Positions 20,529 through 29,862 of a stretch of 64,000 bases of DNA are shown here, piece after piece (position 1 is the stretch's first letter; the number at the start of each line of letters is the position of its first letter). Position numbers and translations under genes: made by a program. Where the stretch lies: the NCBI RefSeq assembly GCF_054482595.1, contig NZ_CM137008.1. The stretch is one strand, 5' to 3'. The notes under the pieces were generated by a model. The model saw nothing but the letters and a program-made list of their open reading frames with translations, ran no database searches and was not told where the DNA came from.

Positions 20529-21665
20529 TTAAAAATTAAGTTCATACCTATCAATTACACCATTTTTTATTCTGTAAATAACATTAGATGAAATTGACTC
20601 AAAGTAAACATACCCAACTGCTTGGATTATATTTATTAGCATGCAAGAAAATGAAACAATGAATAGTGGCAGCGAGGATGTGTTGTAGTTTACCAGGTAA
20701 ATAAATTCGCCATAATACAATGGCCCACACATTGCGAGTGCTAATGATATAAATAAAAAACCTTTTATTGCTTTAATTAAAAATATAGAGGCGTTTATTT
20801 GTTTTCTTATCTTTTCATCGCCTAAGAGATAAAGGTTGAAATCTTGAGATTTTGTTGTGTCCACTGAGAAGATATTAAGAATATGTGGGTATATCAATGA
20901 TATATCCTTTGTTTTCATAAGATTCATCATCTCTATTCTCCGCGTGACGAACAGTGAACCCAACCAAAAAACCATGAATACAGGCATAGCATAACTAGCT
21001 ATTTTGGCTATACTTATCAATGATACACTAGATGCCATGTCACCTATTTTAAATGGGATAATTAAGGTTGATTCTATGTTGACTATCTCTATCTTTGAAT
21101 TACTCTCATCTTTTATTTTTCCATCCAACCAGTTCATTGCATCATGATAGTTTGCGATTTTATCTTTTTCAGGAAGGGCCGATTCTATTTTATCCCTTAC
21201 AATATAGCCCACACTTGATTTTTCAATCTCTTTTTTCAACACATCGTACATAAAGTATTTTAACTCATTAATTGAACTCACCTCATCAAGGTCTATTTCA
21301 CGCAATCCCTCATTTATCATTTTTTTTCTAATGGAAAAGAATTCATTTTCTATTTCTGATTTATATCTTACTGTGTCCATCTCTGATTTATTTATTCTTT
21401 TTCGAAAGTCTAGAATATCAGATACGCTTTCATTAACAGCTGAAATTTGTGTTTCGATAAATTCTATTTTTCTTCTTTTTGTTTCAATTTGTTGTTTTAT
21501 ATCTTTGTATGAGGTTATTAAAGCAAATAGGTTTTGGCTGCTTAATGTAATTAATAAAGAGCAGGTGAGGAAACTAAAAATAACAACAACAATACTCATG
21601 TATAATAATCTATCAAATCTCTTTCCCAGTTCGTACAACCTATCCACTATTCTTCTCACTTTCAA
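20529..21665 (-). CDS. Orphan membrane protein: N-terminal TM, ~150-aa coiled-coil/charged region, C-terminal multi-TM domain
   Basis: 378-aa uninterrupted ORF in AT-rich DNA. Hydrophobic segments at about aa 22-50 and in the last ~150 aa. KE-rich heptad-like middle region. I recognise no family. Confidence 0.6.
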   Translation of the reverse strand: MKVRRIVDRLYELGKRFDRLLYMSIVVVIFSFLTCSLLITLSSQNLFALITSYKDIKQQIETKRRKIEFIETQISAVNESVSDILDFRKRINKSEMDTVRYKSEIENEFFSIRKKMINEGLREIDLDEVSSINELKYFMYDVLKKEIEKSSVGYIVRDKIESALPEKDKIANYHDAMNWLDGKIKDESNSKIEIVNIESTLIIPFKIGDMASSVSLISIAKIASYAMPVFMVFWLGSLFVTRRIEMMNLMKTKDISLIYPHILNIFSVDTTKSQDFNLYLLGDEKIRKQINASIFLIKAIKGFLFISLALAMCGPLYYGEFIYLVNYNTSSLPLFIVSFSCMLINIIQAVGYVYFESISSNVIYRIKNGVIDRYELNF

Positions 21666-22144
21666 AGGCGATATAGATAGGTTATATCATGCCTTCATCT
21701 TTTGAACTAAACAATCTATATCAGATAACAGTTCTCTTCGCAGTTGTGTCCCTACTCTTTGGTGGCCCGTAGGCTCCTGAGCTGGACATCGTGCGGGACT
21801 ACCTCACAGTCAATTGTAAGCAGTAAAGAGGAACGAGAACCATTCATAGAGCCTAACACACTAAATGCCGCATTGAATCCCACGACTCGGCACGATCAAC
21901 GTAAGATAATCGGAGCTTGCTGCATGGTGACAAATGGAAAATGTGAAGGTAAAGAAAACGACATTACTAACTGACGTTTGTATCTAACACTGGGGACAGG
22001 TCACCTTGAATCGATGGAAGTCTCATTATTCAGAAGCCGTGCTTCTCAGGGTTCTCCTGCAGTGGATAGTTTGTACGATTTGCTCCTCCGGACACTACGG
22101 GCCAGAAAAGTTGAAAATTGAGACTATGTACCAGGTGCCTCAAC

Positions 22145-22215
22145 GTCCGCTCATCGCTCACAACGGACCTTCAGCTCAGCCGCTCCGGCCGCTTCATGCA
22201 ATGAATGTACGCAGC
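22145..22215. repeat. Hairpin repeat copy C (degenerate)
   Basis: 22155-22180 matches 20021-20046 at 21/26 positions (CGCTC.CA.CGGACCTTCAG.TCA). GAATGTACGCAGC follows at 22203. Confidence 0.5.
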
Positions 22216-22508
22216 CAGTCAGAATATTAAGGTGCGGATTTCAGTTCACTTGTCAGCCCTGTGATGCAACAAGTTGCGGCTCCGGTTCGTGGGAGAGATG
22301 AAACGACGGTAGCTGAAGTTACTGAAATGAAGAATTCAGAGAGACTGAATGATATGCCTCACCTTTAGTGAATAGTGTAAAAACGGGAGACTCTCACCCG
22401 GGATTATCCACTCATGCTCAATGTATAATTTTCGTGTCCCTCACAGGTAAGGGCCGGATACATTTGTTGAGTACGCTGCAGAATTGGTAATCGGGGACCC
22501 TGCCGTCT

Positions 22509-22721
22509 TTAACTCCGGGTCTTATGCTGCTCATTTGCCACAAAATCCAGGTGCGCCTGCTCAATCATTTCATTCAGCATTTTTTTTGGGGGGACACCAC
22601 GACTTCGGGCAATACTTTCAAGCTGTTTGTGGATTTTTCCGGACAGTTTCAGCGGGACGGAACCATCAGCACGTTCATCACGCCTTTTTTGTTGCTCCCT
22701 GGCACTTTTCAGTTCATCCAC
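22509..22721 (-). CDS. Small ribbon-helix-helix (CopG/ParG-like) protein, orphan
   Basis: 70 aa, GTG start. A basic tail is followed by VPLKLSGKIHKQLESIARSRGVPPKKMLNEMIEQ, a strand-helix-helix pattern. No partner ORF lies downstream. Confidence 0.4.
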   Translation of the reverse strand: MDELKSAREQQKRRDERADGSVPLKLSGKIHKQLESIARSRGVPPKKMLNEMIEQAHLDFVANEQHKTRS

Positions 22722-23896
22722 AATATAGCTGCTCTTCTCGCATTTTTGCCGATTTTAAAAATGCGAACAAAACATCCGTACATGATGTACAGATTAAACT
22801 GCCAGGGACTGGTGTCAGAAAACCTCCGGTTAGCCTGCTCTTTCCGGAATGTGCCGGTTATGAAAAACCGGAAATTCAGTCTCTGTTGTAAGATGTACCC
22901 TCTGATACTACGTTTTCGTTTTCTCTGTGTATTTAACTCACTGTATTTATTTTCTTTTTAAGCCTGACTGATATTCTCCGGTCATAGTGTGCCTGATAGA
23001 CATCCCGTAACCTTCTCATTTTTATATAAAAATACCTGCACTGTCTTCAGCGCATCTGTCTCCTTTAAGTAAAAAATGTTTTCACGTATTGCTGTAAATT
23101 CATTTTAAATCAGTATGTTATCCTGATATTGCTGTCTCCTGGTTTGATGCGTAATCGTTCTGCCTTTCTGGATGATTCTGGTGCTTCCGGGTGCATTCTC
23201 CTCTGCACATGCAACAGTTCGTCATCGCCACGTGCCCAAAAGCATATAAAAACGAATCGAATCTGATCGTTTTTTCAATCGTTTTTCACAGGAATTTCGT
23301 AGGGTGTTCTCCGCTATAGCCTCCATATTTGCTGTCTTTTTCTTCATAAATCGTATGCAATATAACCAGTCTGTCAAGACATCTTCCCTGCTGTTGAGGT
23401 GACGATCTCATTTCTGGTCTTTTCCGGGAGAGAGACGGTCAGATGAGCGAGCCGGATTTACTGCCAGAGGTACTCCCCGCGGCAGAAAATAGTGCTCCTG
23501 TTTCCGCAATCCGGGATCGGCAACGTCCCATGGTTAATGCCACTTGCAGCGTCAGGCACTGCAGGTTTACGTCGTGATCTGATTTCTTCTGCACTTATCC
23601 CGATCACGGAAGTTCCCCCTGCGCAGACATCGGTTCCTGCCGACATCTCACAATACCGCCAGGCAGTCATGCAGTAACACCCGCAATGCGGTCTGCGGTT
23701 TTAAGCGCACTCTCCTGTATTCAGTGCACCGATAATGCATCATAGAAAGTCCGGGGGGAGTTACTGAATGTCTGTTAAGTGGTGCCGTGGGTGGAGACTG
23801 CTTACTTTTCCACAGTAACTGCAGTCATTCAGGATGCTCAGGAGAGAATATGTCAACGCCACGGGCCGGGCCATTTTCATGCCAGCCAGGATATTT

Positions 23897-24060
23897 TCAA
23901 TATTGATGCTGTCTGCTTTTCACCATTTCATCCTCACTGACTGATGTTGTATTTTTGTGCAGCACTACAGATTTGCGTTTCTCTTTTAACTGGTCACGCT
24001 CTCCTTTGATATTCAGCGTGGTTGAGTGATGCAGCAGTTGATTCAGGATTGCTGTTGCCC
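23897..24060 (-). pseudogene. IS21-family istB 3' fragment
   Basis: The minus-strand translation AILNQLLHHSTTLNIKGERDQLKEKRK resembles the IstB C-terminus (AILDRLLHH..I.IKGESYRLKEK). The upstream part is out of frame. Confidence 0.45.
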
Positions 24061-24429
24061 TGCAACCACCATATCAACTTCTTCCCGGCATGCCGGCGCT
24101 GGTATCCAGGCCGGGTTTCGAAGTGAAGCGTTCCTGACGGACTCATTGATATCCGGGCCGGATGTAGTCATGCAGCATGGAACGTCTACCCGTATACACT
24201 GACGGCGTCCGGCCGTGTACATCTCTTCCGCGGTTCAGGGAGCGCTGTCGCCATGTACTTATTGTCACCAGGAGAGGCATGTACCGCAGCATGCCAGCTC
24301 AGCAGTGACAGGATGCCCTTAAGACATCCGTCATGGCTCAGTATGACGACGCCCCCGCTCTGCAGGTGAGCATGCGGGGCCGGGAGCAGCATTCCCGTAT
24401 TTTGCCGCACCTTCCGGAAGCAACCGGCA

Positions 24430-25032
24430 TCAGTTACGGTTATCGTCAACCGTTGTGCGGTATGCCAGGAGCACGTACTGATCCATCAGATCCGCCAGTG
24501 CTGCGTTCTGCTTCTGACGGTCGATGATCCATTCCCCCAGCTCTTTTTCTGATTTACGTTTCAGGTTCTCCGTCCAGTCGTCAAGGCTGTTTCCGGTCAT
24601 TAAATCAAGCCAGCAAAGCCAGACCAGTTTGAGGCGCAACTCAGTGCCACCAAACTGACGGAAGAGGCTGATCAGTTTATTTGCCAGAGAACGCCGCCTC
24701 AGACGTTCACATTCAGACAGCAGAATGCCTTCCAGCATCGGATGATGAACCAGCAGATGTTCGCTGGTGCATAAGTTCACCACCAGATCATCATCCAGGG
24801 GCGGCGTGGCCCGTTTGTCAGAGCCATAAATCAGCCGGTGCAGACTCCGGGGGACGATGGCAATCTCCGGTTTTTCACCATTGAATGACACCCACCCGGG
24901 CGTCAGATTATGGAAGTAGTGGATATTCGGATGACATACGCCCCAGGATACGGCGTGCCGGGTGAAGCCGGTCAGCCATTTCTGGTAGCTTTCGTGGAGC
25001 AGCTCGTAACGGGTCTGATACTGTGGTTTCAT
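24430..25032 (-). CDS. Hypothetical island protein downstream of alpA
   Basis: 200 aa from ATG 25032 (AGGA 8 nt upstream). I recognise no family. Confidence 0.5.
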   Translation of the reverse strand: MKPQYQTRYELLHESYQKWLTGFTRHAVSWGVCHPNIHYFHNLTPGWVSFNGEKPEIAIVPRSLHRLIYGSDKRATPPLDDDLVVNLCTSEHLLVHHPMLEGILLSECERLRRRSLANKLISLFRQFGGTELRLKLVWLCWLDLMTGNSLDDWTENLKRKSEKELGEWIIDRQKQNAALADLMDQYVLLAYRTTVDDNRN

Positions 25033-25125
25033 TTTCATATTCCTCACGGGGGATAACAGGCAGCAGAACGCCGCCGGCAGGCCGGAGATTGCGTCTGCTG
25101 TGGGTGAAGGGGCAGTGGTTAAAAA

Positions 25126-25335
25126 TTACGGACGGGACTGTGCAATACGCGCCTGCAGCCAGGCTTCCACTTCACTTTTCAGCCAGCGGGAGCTGCGGCC
25201 AAGTTTGATGGGAGCCGGAAAGGCCCCATCCTTGATGAGCTTGTAAAACCACTTATCGGTCAGGCCGGTCAGCTGAGTGATAAACGCCATATCGACCATC
25301 TGGTCATCCATCAGCGAAACTGGGGGGGGGGTCAT
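25126..25335 (-). CDS. alpA: AlpA-family (prophage CP4-57-type) HTH regulator
   Basis: 69 aa, FITQLTGLTDKWFYKLIKDGAFPAPIKLGRSSRWLKSEVEAWL. SD GGAGGAG lies 6 nt upstream of the ATG. Confidence 0.85.
   Translation of the reverse strand: MTPPPVSLMDDQMVDMAFITQLTGLTDKWFYKLIKDGAFPAPIKLGRSSRWLKSEVEAWLQARIAQSRP
25322..25331 (-). repeat. Homopolymeric C10 (G10 on plus strand) tract in codons 2-5 of alpA
   Basis: Counted directly: ATG ACC CCC CCC CCA GTT. Confidence 0.95.
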
Positions 25336-26409
25336 AAAAATCTCCTCCGGATGTTGTTAATCTCAACCGGCGTTGATGATGAAAACAACGCACCACCTTC
25401 ACCGGCATAACAACCGGGGAGAAACGTAAAAAATCAGTAGGGGAATATTCCTGCCAGGAGAGAAACGGTTGTGTACAGGCAATACAGGTTGTCTGTTTTG
25501 TCAGTGAAGCCGGTATAAACGGAAGATGATTTTGTGTTGCCGGAATATGGGATGGTATTTTGTCGTGACGGAATCAGTATTTTCAGTGATGATTATTACT
25601 GCGCAGGGGAGTACCGGAGAGAAACCACGCCCTGTACCTGCCAGAGCGGTGGTTTGTATTGACTGAACGGAAGATAAAGCGAGGTAAACACTGTTGTGGT
25701 GAGCGGAGAAGACTGAGATTATTCTCTGTAATTACAAACAACAGTGATCTTATCCGGTTTTTTTACCGTTACGGGTTTCAGGGGATCAATTTTATAGACC
25801 GGGGTAATGACCACGCCGTAATTTATGGAGAAAAGCGGGATCCAGCAATAAACGTCAGGATATTTCTGTGTCTCCGGAATACCTTTTGTGCCAGAGGCCA
25901 TCAGATCTTTAACGCTCACGAAAAATGACTTCCGCAGATCAAAAAAGTACTCGTTATATATCACATCCTTTGCCAGCAGGATGACTGCATTACCAACAGC
26001 CGATTTTACAGGTGTTTCATCAGGTGGATTATCGTGATTGTATATTGTTCTTTCTATATAAATAAAACAGGCATATTTCGTCTTCTCCCCGGATAGTTGC
26101 ATCTGGTATTCGCAAATGTCTTTGATATACCGACTTTCAACCCTTCCAATCATCTTATCCCGGCGATAGTGTCTTTTATGTTTCAGCGCGTACAGAACAC
26201 CATTTGAACTGTCAAACTCCAGGACACTTCTGGTGAAAAGTTTGTTTTCCCAGATCTCCAGACAATACTTCTCTGCACTGACGACATTGCGTTTGTGGGG
26301 AAGATTCCGTTGATACACTCCATTTAATAAGCGTGACTGCAGTTCGCCTGCAAGTTGATAGTAACAGTTAATGTCATTAAGGACAGGTGCTGTGGCGTTG
26401 GATTTGCCC

Positions 26410-27315
26410 CTATATTTCCAGACACCTGTTATCACTTAACCCATTACTGGCTTGCTGCCGTAGATATTCCCGTGGCGAGCGATAACCCAGTGCACTATGC
26501 GGATGCCATTCGTTATAATGCTCGAATGCCTCTGCAAGGTTCTTTGCTGCCGTTAACCCGTCTGGTTTGGGCATGACACTGATGTAGTCACGCTTTATCG
26601 TTTTCACGAAGCTCTCTGCTATGCCGTTACTCTCCGGACTCCGCACCGCCGTGTTCTTCGGTTCAAGCCCCAACATCCGGGCAAACTGCCGTGTTTCATT
26701 AGCCCGGTAGCATGAACCATTATCCGTCAGCCACTCTACTGGAGACGCCGGAAGCTCGTTGCCGAAACGGCGTTCCACCGCTCCCAGCATGACGTCCTGT
26801 ACTGTTTCACTGTTGAAGCCGCCCGTAGTGACCGCCCAGTGCAGTGCCTCACGGTCACAGCAGTCCAGCGCGAACGTGACTCGCAGTTTTTCTCCGTTAT
26901 CACAGCGGAACTCGAACCCGTCAGAGCACCATCGCTGATTACTTTCTTTCACAGCCACTCTGCCGGTATGTGCCCGTTTCGATGGCGGTACAGCGGGTTT
27001 TCGCTCAAGCAACAGCGCATTCTGGCGCATGATCCGGTAAATACGTTTGGCATTGATCGCAGGCATACCATCAAGTTCGGCCTGTCTGCGAAGCAGCGCC
27101 CATACCCGACGATAACCATATGTGGGCAGCTCTCCGATAACATGGTGTATACGGAGAAGCACATCCGTATCATCTGAGTGACGGCTGCGGCGACCATCTT
27201 TCCAGTCATCGGTTCGTCTGAGAATGACGTGCAACTGCGCACGCGACACCCGGAGACAACGGCTGACTAAGCTTACTCCCCATCCCCGGGCAATAAGGGC
27301 GCGTGCGCTATCCAC
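26410..27315 (-). CDS. insD: IS2 transposase OrfB (InsD)
   Basis: 301 aa with a DDE integrase core. It matches IS2 InsD as I recall it. Confidence 0.9.
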
Positions 27316-27638
27316 TTTTTTGCACGCCCGTATTCAACGGCTTCTTTAAGGAGTTCATTTTCCATCGTTTTTTTGCCGAGCAGGCGCTGGAGTTCTTTAA
27401 TCTGCTTCATGGCGGCAGCAAGTTCAGAGGCAGGAACGACCTGTTCTCCTGCGGCCACAGCAGTAAGACTTCCCTCCTGGTATTGCTTGCGCCAGAGAAA
27501 TAACTGGCTGGCTGCCACACCGTGTTGCCGGGCAACAAGGGAGACTGTCATTCCCGGTTCAAAACTCTGCTGAACAATAGCGATCTTTTCCTGTGTAGTA
27601 CGCCGTCTGCGTTTCTCCGGTCCTAAGACATCAATCAT
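27273..27638 (-). CDS. insC: IS2 OrfA (InsC)
   Basis: [41 protein letters not shown]..., 121 aa. It overlaps insD as required for -1 frameshifting. Confidence 0.9.
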
Positions 27639-28176
27639 CTGCTCTCCAATGACTAGTCTAAAAACTAGTATTAAGACTATCACTTAAATAAGTGATATTG
27701 GTTGTCTGGAGATTCAGGGGGCCAGTCTAGGCGTTGAGTAATGTGTTGATTACCTTAGAGCGCGAAAGTTTGTGGGTATGACAGTACTCATCCACAATTC
27801 GCAGTGTCTCATCACTGGTCATATTGAAAGTTATACGTGTTGTCATGATGAAGTTTTCTGTTAATCATACTGGTTGATATGCATAACATTTCATAAAAAA
27901 TACTGTTAATTCATATAATTGATTTTTTGACTGGTTTTATCCTCGTGTGGTGGAAAGCAGTATTACTGCCACTGTAGTCAGCATAAATCTATCACACAGA
28001 ACCACCGAAAATGAAGCATTGCTCAGGGGGAAGCTGCCACTCGTATGAGTTCTCTGAACCATGATAACCAGTATTTTTCGTTTTGGGTGATTTGTTTATC
28101 GTTACAGCTACATACAGTTCATGTACCATTAAAAAATAATAAAGGTTAATTAGTATTATTTATAGAAGTATGTTTA

Positions 28177-28254
28177 TGTAATTCTACCGTGTAAATGAAC
28201 CCTGTAATTCTACCTTGTAAATACACCTTGTAACCAAGTCCTGTAGAAGTCTGT
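28177..28254. repeat. Array of six TGTA(A/G) motifs phased at exactly 13 bp (two 26-bp tandem units plus degenerate units)
   Basis: The motif starts at 28177, 28190, 28203, 28216, 28229 and 28242. Segments 28177-28202 and 28203-28228 are identical at 22/26 positions. Confidence 0.85.
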
Positions 28255-29262
28255 CTCATAGAGGTATCTGTGCAGTGATATTCTCTGTAGTAGTACTTGT
28301 AACTCTGTTCTTAACTCTCTCTTCAGTAATGTAGTCCCGCAACACCTGAATATAAATCTGTAATGTTCACACACTGACTGTAACGTGCTTTGTTAAGTAA
28401 TGTCTGCTATTTTTTTTCTGTTATTTTTCCTGTTGTTTTCTGTATTTTGTTGTATGGTGTAATAACTATTCTGAACCCGTCATCACCTTTATAGCTAAGA
28501 GTATGACTTCGCCAGTGTTGATACTGTGGATAACGGTGATTAAGGAATTACTGTTAATGATCTGTTCCTGCAGCTCACCTGATGAGTTTTGGTAGTAATA
28601 CGTAAAAGAGTATGCCTCATGTCATTAAAAAGTCTTCCGGAGTGTTGTTTAACCCTGTACCTCTGTTACTCATGTAGTACGTTGCGGAAAGCTACGTTAA
28701 TTGTAATATCTGGTTATGGCGTTATGCCTTCAGTATTAAAAACATCTTTTACCGGAGAAACTGGGAAGTGGAAAGGCTTTCGGGATAACGTCAGGCCATT
28801 ATGACGATATTACGTTAATCACAGTACAAGATAACGAGAGGGTAATGGAATTTTAAACCAGAGTAGTTCCACTGTTGTTCACTGGAAAAAGTGATTTCCC
28901 ACGCGCGTTATAAGCTTACTCCAGAGGAGATGGAAGCCTTCAACTCTGCGGTCGATCACCGGCTGGCAGAACTGACCATGAACAAACTTTACGATCGTGT
29001 TCCCGCTTCAGTCTGGAAATATGTTACCTGATAAATGTTTCTGATGAAGTACAGTCGTCACAATGACATCACTTCAGATATTATCTGCGCTGTGATTGAC
29101 TGTCACGTATGCCGTTCTCTGTATGGTTCTGATACCCGGGTGTGGTCCCACTTTCTCTGTGGCGCCCGGGGAGTTGTGAACCTGCACGTCTTCGTGTGAT
29201 AACGTTTTCTTCAAAAATTACGCCAGCGCTTCTTCCTGTGTTACAGAACACGAGGAAGAAAC

Positions 29263-29862
29263 ATGAAGACTTACAACACCAATCCCGGTTACGAAATGGA
29301 TCCCCAGCTCCTGACACACTTTAACCAGCATCTGGATTCATTATTCGGGGTATATTCGAAACTGTTACCGTTCAGAATGGATTTTGCTTACCGAAAAAAC
29401 ACCCTCAGCTACAGATGTGCCTGCAGGTACGCCATGTGCGCGGAGATACTGCGACTGATTAACGAAGTGGGAGAGAAACTGGTCGGGTATGCCTGGGTAA
29501 TGGAATATACGGAACGTAAAGGGCTTCACATTCATTTTGTGGGCTATCTGAACGGTCAGAGCCACAGGAGTTCGTATCTGGTATCCAGATTGATGGGAGA
29601 TATCTGGAGGCGGGTTACCGGGGGTGATGGTTACTACCACTGGTGCCGGTTTAATAAAAATTATCCGGTAAACATTAACCACGTCATTCACTATTCAGAT
29701 CACAAAGCGGTGAATGCCTTACGCTATGCCCTCAGCTACCTGGCCAAACGAGAACAGAAAGAATGTGGCATCATCCTGAAATGCAGCGGGCTTCCTGAAA
29801 AAAGTAACCGGGGTCGACCGCGACTGGGCAGCACCCTGCCGGAGACTTATTCTCTGGTGTAA
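29263..29862 (+). CDS. YagK/YfjJ-family (inovirus Gp2-like) protein
   Basis: 199 aa. LLPFRMDFAY, YAWVMEYTERKGLHIHFVGYLNG and LRYALSYLAKREQK parallel the K-12 YagK motif order. Confidence 0.7.
   Translation: MKTYNTNPGYEMDPQLLTHFNQHLDSLFGVYSKLLPFRMDFAYRKNTLSYRCACRYAMCAEILRLINEVGEKLVGYAWVMEYTERKGLHIHFVGYLNGQSHRSSYLVSRLMGDIWRRVTGGDGYYHWCRFNKNYPVNINHVIHYSDHKAVNALRYALSYLAKREQKECGIILKCSGLPEKSNRGRPRLGSTLPETYSLV

Larger units (their letters stand above)
26399..27729 (-). mobile_element. IS2 (IS3 family), complete 1331 bp
   Basis: The ends are TGGATTTGCCCCTATATTTCCAGACA... and ...TGTCTGGAGATTCAGGGGGCCAGTCTA. A 5-bp direct duplication GGCGT sits at 26394-26398 and 27730-27734. Confidence 0.95.
25719..27846 (-). 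pseudogene. RHH-domain fusion gene of unknown function, interrupted by IS2
   Basis: The 5' part (27846-27730) encodes MTTRITFNMTSDETLRIVDEYCHTHKLSRSKVINTLLNA. Once IS2 and one TSD copy are removed, the frame continues exactly at 26393 (TAPVLNDINCYY...) to the stop at 25719. The restored protein is ~263 aa. Confidence 0.8.

Noticed and set aside
21744-22480. Possible group II intron or other large structured RNA (GTGCG at ~21788, many short helices, no ORFs)
   Set aside because: I could find no domain V-like hairpin with AGC triad, bulge and GNRA loop, no intron-encoded reverse transcriptase or maturase ORF, and no clear 3' AY boundary. It is more simply explained as decayed intergenic DNA plus hairpin repeat copy C.
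28177-28254. CRISPR array
   Set aside because: The repeat period is only 13/26 bp, there are no unique spacers, and no cas genes occur anywhere in the window. I reported it instead as an iteron-like array.
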